A stretch of DNA of 64,000 nt from Smithella sp. (GTDB lineage: Bacteria > Desulfobacterota > Syntrophia > Syntrophales > Smithellaceae): assembly GCA_018056685.1 (NCBI GenBank), contig JAGPFC010000010.1:5213-69212 (forward strand), given 5' to 3'. The notes under the pieces are model-generated. The model did not search any database, was not told the origin of the DNA, and saw only the letters and a list, made by a program, of their open reading frames with translations. The translations under genes and the position numbers were made by a program. Position 1 is the stretch's first letter. Every line of letters begins with the position of its first letter. Positions 9,770-19,338 of this stretch are shown piece by piece.

Positions 9770-10249
9770 TTGCGAATCCTAGGCATTGATCCCGGCAGTC
9801 ATATTACCGGTTATGGCGTCATTGACAAAAAAGGTAATCATTTACGGCACGTTATTCATGGTGAAATAAAATCAAAAAAGGATTCAACGCTTTCCACCAT
9901 GCTGATTTCCATTTATCAGCAGCTTTCCGATCTGATCGTAAAGACATCGCCTGAAGCCGTGGCGCTGGAAAATATTTTTTACGGGAAAAATGTGCGCAGT
10001 TTGATCAAACAGGCTCAGGTCAGGGGCGTGGCCATTTTTGCCGGAGCCGACAAAAATATCAGCGTTTTTGAATATTCACCTCTGGAAGTGAAAAAAGCGG
10101 TGGTCGGCTACGGACGAGCGGAAAAAAGACAGGTACAGGTGATGGTCAAAGCCATATTGAATCTTTCCGAGCTTCCTCCGGCGGACGCGGCAGATGCTCT
10201 GGCGACGGCTATCTGTCATGCCAATTTTCTCAAAGGAAAAACCATCTGA
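9770..10249 (+). CDS. ruvC: Holliday junction resolvase RuvC
   Basis: TTG start. MRILGIDPGS N-terminus and DAADALATAICHA C-terminal motif. Followed by ruvA and ruvB. Confidence 0.9.
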   Translation: MRILGIDPGSHITGYGVIDKKGNHLRHVIHGEIKSKKDSTLSTMLISIYQQLSDLIVKTSPEAVALENIFYGKNVRSLIKQAQVRGVAIFAGADKNISVFEYSPLEVKKAVVGYGRAEKRQVQVMVKAILNLSELPPADAADALATAICHANFLKGKTI

Positions 10250-10857
10250 TGATTGCCTTAATCAGCGGCAAAATTATATACAAAAGCATTGCTCATGTGA
10301 TCGTGGATGTTCAGGGAGTCGGTTACCGCGTTTTTATTCCGTTGACCACTTTTTACGAATTACCGGAACCGGGGCACAGCATCACGCTCCATGTTCATAC
10401 CAACGTCAAACAGGACGCCATCAATTTATTCGGTTTTTACACCGATCAGGAAAGAGACCTGTTCCAACTGATGATTTCTGTCAGCGGTATCGGACCGAAG
10501 ATCGCGATGAATATTTTGTCCGGCATTTCCGCTCATGATCTGATGAACGCCATATCCGGAGGTCATGTCGGGAAACTGGTGAACATTCCGGGCGTGGGCA
10601 AGAAAATGGCTGAACGTCTAATTCTGGAATTAAAAGAAAAAATCATCAAGAAAATGATGCTGGAAAAAACAACGGAAGAAGATATTCAGAGTCACGCTGA
10701 GGACCTCATCAGGGAAGATGTGCTTTCCGCGCTGATCAATCTTGGTTATAAGAATAATGTGGCGAAGGATGCTGTGGACAGGGCGATGCGTTCTGCGGAT
10801 GAAGCGATCAGCATGGATACGCTTCTTAAAAAGACTTTAAAAATTCTAGCCGGTTAA
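10249..10857 (+). CDS. ruvA: Holliday junction DNA helicase RuvA
   Basis: MIALISGKI N-terminus. Helix-hairpin-helix motifs GIGPKIA and IPGVGKKMAERL. The ATG overlaps the ruvC stop by 1 nt. Confidence 0.9.
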   Translation: MIALISGKIIYKSIAHVIVDVQGVGYRVFIPLTTFYELPEPGHSITLHVHTNVKQDAINLFGFYTDQERDLFQLMISVSGIGPKIAMNILSGISAHDLMNAISGGHVGKLVNIPGVGKKMAERLILELKEKIIKKMMLEKTTEEDIQSHAEDLIREDVLSALINLGYKNNVAKDAVDRAMRSADEAISMDTLLKKTLKILAG

Positions 10858-10881
10858 TTGCCCGGAATCGGATGTTGTAAG

Positions 10882-11913
10882 ATGGATAAACCTCACAAAA
10901 ATTCTCTCATCAGTCCTTCCTGTGATGAAGAAGAAAGCGACTTTGAAGTTACGCTGCGACCGTCAAAGCTGAAAGATTACATTGGTCAGGAAAAGGTCAA
11001 GAGCAACCTCGCTATTTTTATTGAGGCCGCGAGGAAACGTCACGAGGCGCTTGATCATGTTCTCTTGTATGGTCCGCCCGGTCTGGGCAAGACCACACTG
11101 GCGTACATTATTGCCAGGGAAATGGGCGTTGATATCAAGGTGACGTCCGGTCCCGTTATCGAACGTCCGGGCGATCTGGCCGCTATTTTAACCAACATGC
11201 AGGAACATGAAGTTCTTTTTATCGATGAAATTCACCGGCTCTCCCATGTTGTTGAAGAAATATTATATCCGGCGATGGAGGACTTTCATATTGATATTTT
11301 AATCGGGCAGGGACCTTCAGCCCGCTCCATGAAACTGGATATTCCCAGGTTCACTCTGGTGGGTGCCACCACCCGCGCCGGATCGTTGACGTCTCCTCTG
11401 CGTGACCGTTTCGGCATGCATTTCCGGCTGGAGTTCTACACACCGCAGGACCTGGCCGTCATTCTTAAAAGATCCGCTTCGATTCTCAATGTCAATCTGG
11501 CCGCAGCCGGAGCAGAAGAGCTTGCGGGACGCGCGAGGGGCACGCCGCGTATTGCCAACCGTCTGCTCAAGCGTGTCCGTGATTATGCGGAGGTGAAATC
11601 CAACGGGACCATTGACGCGAAAATTGCGCGGGAAGCGCTGGATGCCTTTGAAGTCGATCAGAAAGGTTTCGATCAAATGGACAGAAGACTCCTGTTGACG
11701 CTGATTGAAAAATTCAACGGCGGGCCGGTCGGGGTGGAGAGTCTGGCCGCGGCTATCGGTGAAGAAAAGGTTACCATTGAGGATGTTTATGAACCGTATC
11801 TGATTCAGGAAGGATATCTGCAAAGGACAGCCCGCGGAAGGATTGCCTGCGCCAGAGCCTACGAACACTTCGGCCTCAAATCCACGCAATCGCGTCAGGG
11901 AGAAATATTTTAA
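10882..11913 (+). CDS. ruvB: Holliday junction DNA helicase RuvB
   Basis: Walker [27 protein letters not shown]. The ATG at 10882 is preferred over the track's TTG at 10858. Confidence 0.9.
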   Translation: MDKPHKNSLISPSCDEEESDFEVTLRPSKLKDYIGQEKVKSNLAIFIEAARKRHEALDHVLLYGPPGLGKTTLAYIIAREMGVDIKVTSGPVIERPGDLAAILTNMQEHEVLFIDEIHRLSHVVEEILYPAMEDFHIDILIGQGPSARSMKLDIPRFTLVGATTRAGSLTSPLRDRFGMHFRLEFYTPQDLAVILKRSASILNVNLAAAGAEELAGRARGTPRIANRLLKRVRDYAEVKSNGTIDAKIAREALDAFEVDQKGFDQMDRRLLLTLIEKFNGGPVGVESLAAAIGEEKVTIEDVYEPYLIQEGYLQRTARGRIACARAYEHFGLKSTQSRQGEIF

Positions 11914-11940
11914 TATCCTTTATCTGTTTTCTGTAAAAGG

Positions 11941-12927
11941 ATGACTGATATGGCAAAAGTCGTTTTTTCGCTGGCTCCCCTGTCTGCCGGGATTGTGGAT
12001 TTGCTTATACGACAGTCTTCCGGTGTGCCTGATTTCAAAGTGATTGACGGCCATGAAATGTCAGCGGAAGAAATCAAAGAAAATATTTCCAGAGCTGATG
12101 TCGTGCTGGGTGATTATACGTTCCGGCACAAGATTACTGCCGATACCGTTTCAGCAACGCGCAATCTGCAACTCATTCAACAACCCAGCGTGGGCTATCA
12201 GCACATCGATGTGGCAGCGTGTACCGCCCGGGGAATCAAAGTGGCCAATACCGCAGGCGCCAATGCCGTGAGTGTTGCGGAACATACCATCGCCTGGGGA
12301 CTTTGTCTTCTCAAAAATATGTTTTACGCCCATACCAGCACCCGGTCTGGCGGCTGGGAACAAATGAAAATAAAACCGGCGGAACTGAAAGGAAAGGTTT
12401 GGGGTATCGTCGGATTGGGATATATCGGCCGGGCCGTAGCCGAAAGACTGCGGCCGTTTCAGCTGAGCCGGATTATCTACTACGACATTGTGCGCCGGGA
12501 GACATGCATTGAACAGAAACTGGGTGTTGAATATGTCGGGATGGCCGATCTTCTGAGTCAGTCTGATGTGATCAGCCTTCATGCGCCTCTCACAGAGGCA
12601 ACACGTTCCTTAATTAATCAAAGCGCCCTGAATTCCATGAAGCCGGGCGCTTATCTAATCAATGTTGCCCGGGCTGAACTTGTGGATGAAATGGCTTTGG
12701 CCGAGGCCGTCAGAAACGGGAAAATTGCCGGCGCCGGCATTGATGTTTTTTCGGAAGAACCCGTCACCATGAATAATCCGTTGCTGGGGGTGGAATGTGA
12801 TAAACTCCTTTTTTCGCCGCATGTCGCAGGGGTGACTGATGAAAGCGTGGGAAGAATCATCAACATGGCCGCGGAAAATATCGCGCGGCTGCTCAAAGGA
12901 GAAAAACCGGAATCTCTGATCAATTGA
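11941..12927 (+). CDS. D-isomer-specific 2-hydroxyacid dehydrogenase family protein
   Basis: NAD motif GIVGLGYIGRAVA. The motifs NVARAELVDE, GAGIDVF and SPHVAGVT are typical of the family. Confidence 0.8.
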   Translation: MTDMAKVVFSLAPLSAGIVDLLIRQSSGVPDFKVIDGHEMSAEEIKENISRADVVLGDYTFRHKITADTVSATRNLQLIQQPSVGYQHIDVAACTARGIKVANTAGANAVSVAEHTIAWGLCLLKNMFYAHTSTRSGGWEQMKIKPAELKGKVWGIVGLGYIGRAVAERLRPFQLSRIIYYDIVRRETCIEQKLGVEYVGMADLLSQSDVISLHAPLTEATRSLINQSALNSMKPGAYLINVARAELVDEMALAEAVRNGKIAGAGIDVFSEEPVTMNNPLLGVECDKLLFSPHVAGVTDESVGRIINMAAENIARLLKGEKPESLIN

Positions 12928-12963
12928 ATCAGCGATGTGTTTTAATCATGAGGTGAGGCAGAC

Positions 12964-14607
12964 ATGAAAAAACGGCAAAGTTCTCCAATTTTCGATGACA
13001 GCGATTTCCCGATCAGTGTCGTGCGGAAGTCGATCTTTCAGGGAACAGGAACAGACCTGACGGAGGCCGGCAAAAGACCGATTGTTGCCATTGCCAATTC
13101 ACTGACCGAGATCAATCCCGGCCACATGCATTTGGGCACGATTGCCCAGAGAGTCAAAGATGGTGTGAACATGGCCGGTGGACTGCCCTTTGAATTCAAT
13201 GTTCCCGCGCCCTGTGACGGGATGACGGAAGGTCATCCCGGAATGCGTTTTGTACTGGCTCAGCGCGATTTGATTGCCGACCTCATTGAAACACATGTCC
13301 GCAGCATGCGTTATGACGGCATCGTTTTTATAGCCAGTTGCGATAAAATCATTCCCGGAATGATCATGGCCGCCGCCCGGCTGGATTTACCCGCCATTTT
13401 CGTTACCGGAGGTCCAAACGCCTGGGACATTCGTTTTAAACCGGGCATGCGCGGCGGTGTCGATCACAAATGCTACACGGATCTGCTGGATAAACTTGCC
13501 ACGGCGACAGCGGCCACGTGCGGTTCGTGTGAAGTGATGGGAACCGCCAACACCATGCAGTCCCTGACGGAAGCGCTGGGCATCTGCCTGGCGGGCTCGG
13601 CCACCGTTCCGGCTTTTCATTCCGCCAAACTTCTTTATGCCCGGCATGCTGGTCAGCGTATTGTTGATCTGATTGAGAAAGAGATGACGATGAAAAAAAT
13701 TATTACACAACAGTCACTGGAAAACGCTCTGATGGTGAATCTGGCTATCGGCGGCTCTACAAATGCTGCTCTGCACCTGCCGGCCATTGCCCATGAACTG
13801 GGATTGGAACTTTCGCTGTCTCGTTTCAATGACTACAACCGTATCATTCCGACCCTGTGTGGAATTTCTCCCAATGGTCCCCATGGCATGGTTGACCTTT
13901 TTGTGGCTGGCGGCATTCCGGCCGTCATGAAAAGACTTGGCGATCATCTGCATCGCGATCCTTTGACAGTATCCGGCATGAGCATCGGTGACATCATCGA
14001 CCAGGCTGAGGTAAAAAATCCCGACGTTATTCCGGATAAAACACTTGCATTTCAACCGGAAGGAGGGACAGCCGTTCTTTTCGGTAATCTGGCGCCGGAA
14101 GGTGCGGTGGTCAAGCAATCCGCAGTAGCCGATAAGATGCGTGTGTTCACCGGTCCGGCACGGGTCTTTGACGCAGAAGCCGATGCCCTCAAGGCTATCC
14201 GGGAGAAAACACTGAAGGAAGGCGAGGTGATTGTCATCCGCTATGAGGGGCCCAGGGGTGGACCCGGCATGCCTGAAACCCTGGCAGTCACCATGGGACT
14301 TGATCTGGCGGGATTCACTCATGTGGCATTAATAACTGATGGGCGCTTTTCCGGTGCCACTGCAGGTCCGTGCATCGGTCATGTTTCTCCGGAAGCGGCC
14401 AGCGGCGGACCGATTGCGATTGTTGAAAACGGTGACATCATCAGGATTGACATACCCGCGCGCAAACTGGATGTGGATTTAAAACCGGAGACGATCCAGC
14501 AGCGATTAGCCAACTGGAAGCCTGTAGTAAAACAAATTCCATCGGGTTACATGCAGCGTTATGTTAACGCGGTAACTTCGGCCGCTCAGGGAGCTGTTTT
14601 AAAATAG
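12964..14607 (+). CDS. IlvD/Edd-family dehydratase (dihydroxy-acid or sugar-acid dehydratase)
   Basis: 547-aa ORF with the CDKIIPGMIMAAARLDLPAIFVTGGP and GGSTNA motifs of the family. Confidence 0.8.
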   Translation: MKKRQSSPIFDDSDFPISVVRKSIFQGTGTDLTEAGKRPIVAIANSLTEINPGHMHLGTIAQRVKDGVNMAGGLPFEFNVPAPCDGMTEGHPGMRFVLAQRDLIADLIETHVRSMRYDGIVFIASCDKIIPGMIMAAARLDLPAIFVTGGPNAWDIRFKPGMRGGVDHKCYTDLLDKLATATAATCGSCEVMGTANTMQSLTEALGICLAGSATVPAFHSAKLLYARHAGQRIVDLIEKEMTMKKIITQQSLENALMVNLAIGGSTNAALHLPAIAHELGLELSLSRFNDYNRIIPTLCGISPNGPHGMVDLFVAGGIPAVMKRLGDHLHRDPLTVSGMSIGDIIDQAEVKNPDVIPDKTLAFQPEGGTAVLFGNLAPEGAVVKQSAVADKMRVFTGPARVFDAEADALKAIREKTLKEGEVIVIRYEGPRGGPGMPETLAVTMGLDLAGFTHVALITDGRFSGATAGPCIGHVSPEAASGGPIAIVENGDIIRIDIPARKLDVDLKPETIQQRLANWKPVVKQIPSGYMQRYVNAVTSAAQGAVLK

Positions 14608-14705
14608 CATCAAACAATAGGATGTGACGAAAGAAATTCGGTATTGAAAAATGTCAGAAGAATTGTGTATTAAAAAAAGCAGAAAATATAAAAAGGGGAT
14701 CAACC

Positions 14706-15614
14706 ATGGAGAAAATAGATTTTGACGGTAAAGTGGTTATTGTGACCGGTGCGGGTGCCGGTCTGGGACGGGAATATGCCTTGGAATTCGCGAGAAGAGG
14801 TGCCTCCGTAGTTGTGAATGATTTGGGAGTGGCTCTGGACGGATCGGGTTCGACGCACAGCGCAGCCGATACGGTGGTCGAAGAAATAAAAAAACTGGGT
14901 GGCCAAGCGGTGGCCAATTACGACAGCGTGGCAACGCCGGAAGGCGGAAGCAACATCGTGAAGACTGCTGTGGACGCATTTGGTACGGTCGATGTGCTGG
15001 TAAACAATGCCGGTTTTGTGAGAGACAAAACCTTTGCCAAAATGACGATCGAAGAATGGGATGCCATCATCAGTGTTCATCTGCGGGGGGCATTCTGTGT
15101 GACCCATCCCGCTCTGGCGATCATGCGTGAGCATAACTACGGCCGGATCATTGTCACGACTTCCACGTCGGGGCTCTTCGGGAATTTTGGCCAGAGCAAC
15201 TACGGCGCAGCCAAGATGGGCCTGGTGGGTTTTATGAATGTCATTAAACTGGAGGCGTCAAAATACAACATACACATCAATGCCATCGCACCGAACGCCT
15301 ATTCACGCATGACGGAAAATTTGATTCCCAAAGATCTTGCCTCGAAACTGCAGGCCAAGTTCAACGTTCCAATGGTCGTTTATCTTTGTTCGGAAGAGTG
15401 TAAGGAAAACGGATCGGTTTTTACCATGGGTGCCGGCTGGTATGCCAAAACGGCCATTGTCTGCGCGCCGGGTGTATGCCTGGGCGACGGATCACGGGAA
15501 ATTTCCGCCGAAGAAGTGAGAGAAAATTTTGCCGGGATCTCTGATTTAACGGGGGCAAAACCGCTACACAACAATCTGGAAGTTTTCCAGTTTATGGGGT
15601 CCTTGTTGAAGTAA
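14706..15614 (+). CDS. SDR, 3-hydroxyacyl-CoA dehydrogenase-like (MFE-2 N-terminal type)
   Basis: VIVTGAGAGLGREYALEFARRGASVVVNDLG, NNAG, and YGAAK catalytic motif. Confidence 0.8.
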   Translation: MEKIDFDGKVVIVTGAGAGLGREYALEFARRGASVVVNDLGVALDGSGSTHSAADTVVEEIKKLGGQAVANYDSVATPEGGSNIVKTAVDAFGTVDVLVNNAGFVRDKTFAKMTIEEWDAIISVHLRGAFCVTHPALAIMREHNYGRIIVTTSTSGLFGNFGQSNYGAAKMGLVGFMNVIKLEASKYNIHINAIAPNAYSRMTENLIPKDLASKLQAKFNVPMVVYLCSEECKENGSVFTMGAGWYAKTAIVCAPGVCLGDGSREISAEEVRENFAGISDLTGAKPLHNNLEVFQFMGSLLK

Positions 15615-16286
15615 TCACCCGATAACCATGCTGTAAAGTGCAATGGCCAGTACGGTTATTCCTCCAGCGCATACAGGGATGATCACCTGATTGTCAGGAA
15701 AGTGATTATCAATGGCAGCAGGTTTATATCTTTTTAAAAGCCAATAGCAAAATAATGCTGCAATGATACCTACAAAAATTCCGCCTAAAATATCCAGCGG
15801 ATAATGAACACCCAGGTAAATACGGGAATACGCAATAACCGCCGCCCACAAAAAAACAGTTACCGTATAGATCATTCGACGGAATAGCAAAGAGCTTAAT
15901 AATGCGAAGGCGAATGTGTTCGCCACATGCGAGGAAACAAAACCGTATTTTCCACCGGTATATCCGTTGACACTATGAACTAAGGAACTGAGCGAAGGAT
16001 CCCTCGACGGACGTAATCTTTGTACGGTGTCTTTAATGATCCCCGATGCAATCTGATCGGCCAATACAACACATAAAATCAATGCTAGTATTAGCCAGAC
16101 AGCGTTGCGCTTTGAAAATCTGATTAAAACATAAATGATAGAAATAATGAAGAGAACCCATACGATTTTCTGACTGAACGCAAACATGAATCCGTCAAAG
16201 AATCCATTATGCAATCCATTCAGAAAGAGAAAGAATTCTTGATCCCATTTTTTTATGATATCTATATAAGTCATGACAATATGCAA
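15615..16286 (-). CDS. PAP2-family phosphatase (candidate lipid A or undecaprenyl-phosphate phosphatase)
   Basis: Polytopic 223-aa protein with the three PAP2 motifs: KDTVQRLRPS, SSH, SRIYLGVHYPLD. Confidence 0.8.
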   Translation of the reverse strand: MHIVMTYIDIIKKWDQEFFLFLNGLHNGFFDGFMFAFSQKIVWVLFIISIIYVLIRFSKRNAVWLILALILCVVLADQIASGIIKDTVQRLRPSRDPSLSSLVHSVNGYTGGKYGFVSSHVANTFAFALLSSLLFRRMIYTVTVFLWAAVIAYSRIYLGVHYPLDILGGIFVGIIAALFCYWLLKRYKPAAIDNHFPDNQVIIPVCAGGITVLAIALYSMVIG

Positions 16287-16295
16287 AACAATTCA

Positions 16296-17927
16296 CTACT
16301 CGGATATTTTTGAAACAAAGTAATAATCTTTCACCAATCCACCTTCCATCTTTTTGTTAGAGTTAATGTTAATCTGGTATATCTTTTTAATTTCATATTG
16401 AGGAAATATGTTTGTCAGTTTGGGCGAATCTTTCAGGTCAACGATCATCGCAAATTGTTTTTCGACAGGCAGGCACACCCGGTCCCCTTTCTTTTCAAGT
16501 ACGGGCACGGGTTTACCAAAATCCCATATAATCTGGGGAACAAGAGGTGAAAGGGTGTATGATTTTACATTATTTTCTTTTTCAAACAGCCGCGCTCTGC
16601 TTGCCGAAGCATAATGCGGATTATAAACCACTTCATCCAAAAGGGGTAAAATTGCGATAACAGCAACTGTAAAAAGAGATATTGACGAATAAAATATGCT
16701 TGAAAAGTTATATTTGAGTAATCCCTTTACAATGAAAACCGCACATCCTATCACCAGCAATGAAGAGGAAAAACATAAAAACCAATGATTGATGAATTTT
16801 CCTTTCAGGAAAAAGATCAGCACAAAAGGATAGGCAAAACCAATCAGGGCAATAAATCCGGAAGAAAAATAAACCACATTTTTTTCCCATTTGACCATAC
16901 CGCTGTTAAAGCTTCGGAATAAATATTCGATGTAAAATCCGGCTGTCAGTGCTAATGGGATAAGCACCGGAACCAAGTATCTGTCCTTTTTTTCAGGAAT
17001 TACCGATACGAGAAAAAGCCCAAGCAAAGTCCAGATTAGCGCAAACCGATAAGCTTTAATGTTGATAACGCGGCTTTTTAAATAAGGATAACATAGTGCG
17101 ATGAGGGAAGGGATTGCCCACAGACCGCTCTGCAGAAAAAAGTGCCAGTAATAGTAAAATGGTTTTACTCTGTAGATTAACCAGTTTGACGTTTCGCGCG
17201 ACGCGATCATTTGGAATGTTTCGGGATCTTTGATACGGACATAGACATACCATGATGCGCCTAACAGCAGTCCTGAAATCAGCATTCCTGTAAGATACGT
17301 CCATTTTTTACGGAAAGGAACATGGTAAACTATTCCATAACTGATCAGAAACGGCAACAACAAAGCATACATGGAAACCGGACCTTTACTCAAAATGGAA
17401 AGCCCGAGAAACAATCCTGCAAGCAAACTGTTTCTCCATGGATGTGATTCTTCCTGAAGCAATTTACACAGAAATAATATACTTCCCATCATCATACTAT
17501 GCGTGTACATATCCCATTGATTGTCACGTCCGGAAATAAAAATGTGAAACGAGGTAATCAGAATCAAGCCATTCTGTAGCGCATGTTTCGGTTCGAGTCC
17601 CAATATTTTAGAAAAATTATAAAACACAAGAATCAGAAGCATGGTTATTGCAACAACCGGTAAACGCATGGCAAACAAAGAATCGAAACCGAAGGTCATT
17701 CCGGCCACTGCCGTTAACCAGGTAGGTAATGGAGGCTTTTCATATCGAGGCTGATTATTTAAAGTGGTCAGTAAATATTCGTCATTCTGAACCATTTCAC
17801 GGGCCGAAATAAAATTCCGTGCTTCCATGAGATGCAACTCTATCTTGTCCAGGCTGGAGAGCAACAACAAGCCGGAAACGAAAAGCAGTATGACTGTATG
17901 CCTGATGGATTGGGATTTAGTGACCAT
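16296..17927 (-). CDS. ArnT/PMT-like GT-C glycosyltransferase (family 39-like)
   Basis: 543-aa protein with many TM segments. N-terminal EARNFISAREM resembles the conserved first-loop acidic motif of ArnT-type enzymes. Located in an operon with a GT2 and a PAP2. Confidence 0.65.
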   Translation of the reverse strand: MVTKSQSIRHTVILLFVSGLLLLSSLDKIELHLMEARNFISAREMVQNDEYLLTTLNNQPRYEKPPLPTWLTAVAGMTFGFDSLFAMRLPVVAITMLLILVFYNFSKILGLEPKHALQNGLILITSFHIFISGRDNQWDMYTHSMMMGSILFLCKLLQEESHPWRNSLLAGLFLGLSILSKGPVSMYALLLPFLISYGIVYHVPFRKKWTYLTGMLISGLLLGASWYVYVRIKDPETFQMIASRETSNWLIYRVKPFYYYWHFFLQSGLWAIPSLIALCYPYLKSRVINIKAYRFALIWTLLGLFLVSVIPEKKDRYLVPVLIPLALTAGFYIEYLFRSFNSGMVKWEKNVVYFSSGFIALIGFAYPFVLIFFLKGKFINHWFLCFSSSLLVIGCAVFIVKGLLKYNFSSIFYSSISLFTVAVIAILPLLDEVVYNPHYASASRARLFEKENNVKSYTLSPLVPQIIWDFGKPVPVLEKKGDRVCLPVEKQFAMIVDLKDSPKLTNIFPQYEIKKIYQININSNKKMEGGLVKDYYFVSKISE

Positions 17928-18540
17928 ATTTTTTCAATAAAACCATATTTCTGGAATAGATGATGATGCCCGAGAGATGGCCGACAAACAAAACAGGATC
18001 TCTCCGGAAAATGGCATAAATAAAAATCAACAGAGAACCCGTCAGGCTCAAAAGCCAGAAACCCATGGGAAGAATGGATTCCTGCAGCGACTCGGAATAC
18101 CACCACTGGTACACAAATCGAAGTGTAAAAAGCACCTGCGCAACAATTCCAAAAACCATCAACAGGAGAGGAATGTTTTTGTTATAAAAAAGATTGATCC
18201 GATCGGCAATATTATTATTGAACCCGTAAACCAGAGTGATCGCGGGGAAAAAATAGATAACCATACGCAACCATCGGGATATCTTCTCCCATTCCTGCAT
18301 CAGTTGAATATTCCGGATATAAATGTAGTACGTAATGACTTGGCCGAGCATAATGGCAAAGTCGTCGCGCAGGTAGCCGTATATAAACAGCAGGCATGAT
18401 GCAAGCAGGCTGATCTCCCAGAAAAGCCTGGGTGTCAGTACTTTTTTATGTTTCTCAGAGACAATCCACTGCAAAAAAATACGACTCGAGAATAATCCCT
18501 GAGCTAAAAATCCAAGTCCGAAAACTAGCCAATTTGTCAT
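17917..18540 (-). CDS. Membrane protein with two lipid-A-biosynthesis N-terminal (LAB_N-like) repeats
   Basis: Two copies of the motif: LFSSRIFLQWIVSEKHKK and LFTLRFVYQWWYSESLQES. Polytopic. The start overlaps the GT2 stop (ATGA). Confidence 0.65.
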   Translation of the reverse strand: MTNWLVFGLGFLAQGLFSSRIFLQWIVSEKHKKVLTPRLFWEISLLASCLLFIYGYLRDDFAIMLGQVITYYIYIRNIQLMQEWEKISRWLRMVIYFFPAITLVYGFNNNIADRINLFYNKNIPLLLMVFGIVAQVLFTLRFVYQWWYSESLQESILPMGFWLLSLTGSLLIFIYAIFRRDPVLFVGHLSGIIIYSRNMVLLKKYGH

Positions 18541-19253
18541 AGCTTCGATTCTTCAACGCTGTAATGGATGTACTTTTTCTTCATCCAGAGATACGCAAAA
18601 CAGTCTATCAACGGTCCTATAAGGCGGTTCCACAAATTGTATTTTGACTTGCCCGCCATCCGCGGAAAATGCTGTACGGGAACCTGCAGAACTCGTCCTT
18701 TTTGCAGCAGGATCATGGCGGGCAAGAAGCGATGCAATCCGTTGAATATAGGAATGCGTTTGGCCATATCGGTTCTAATAATTTTCAGCGGGCATCCCGT
18801 ATCGTCCATTCCATCCTGGGTAAAGATCCTGCGAATACCATTGGCGATCCATGATGAAATGTTCTTTACAAAAGAATCCTTTCTGTTTTGCCTGACGCCG
18901 GTAATCAAATCGTAATCGTCAATATGTTCCAACAAAAGATGAAAATCTTCTGGTGATGTCTGCAAATCGGCATCAATATATCCGGTCCACGGTGTATCCG
19001 AATAATCAAAGCCCGCCTTGATGGCGGTGCTCAGGCCATAATTCTGGTCGAAAGAGCAGTATCTAAATGACTCAGACCGCGAACAAATCTCCCTGATTTT
19101 ATCCAGGCTGCCATCTTGAGATCCATCGTTAATAAACAGAACTTTTGTTTTTTTATGCGCTGATTTCATAAAGTCGCTCATCTGCCGGTAAACCCGCTCC
19201 AGGTTATCCTCTTCATTGTATACCGGAATTATAACCGTCAAATCAAAGTTCAT
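18537..19253 (-). CDS. GT2 polyprenyl-phosphate glycosyltransferase (ArnC/DPM1-like), soluble form
   Basis: IIPVYNEE, NDGSQDGS and DADLQ (DxD). 238 aa with no C-terminal TM helices. Confidence 0.8.
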   Translation of the reverse strand: MNFDLTVIIPVYNEEDNLERVYRQMSDFMKSAHKKTKVLFINDGSQDGSLDKIREICSRSESFRYCSFDQNYGLSTAIKAGFDYSDTPWTGYIDADLQTSPEDFHLLLEHIDDYDLITGVRQNRKDSFVKNISSWIANGIRRIFTQDGMDDTGCPLKIIRTDMAKRIPIFNGLHRFLPAMILLQKGRVLQVPVQHFPRMAGKSKYNLWNRLIGPLIDCFAYLWMKKKYIHYSVEESKL

Positions 19254-19338
19254 ATTCTTTCGTTCAAGATCATCATATTAGAAGGACTTGGTTTCTTGTT
19301 TATCAGAATATAAATTTCATTTCGAGGGAAATAAAATA

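Noticed and set aside
15612-15617. Convergent genes (SDR on plus, PAP2 on minus) whose stop codons abut with no spacer or terminator
   Set aside because: This is unusual-looking but common in compact genomes, and nothing further in the sequence suggests a regulatory role.
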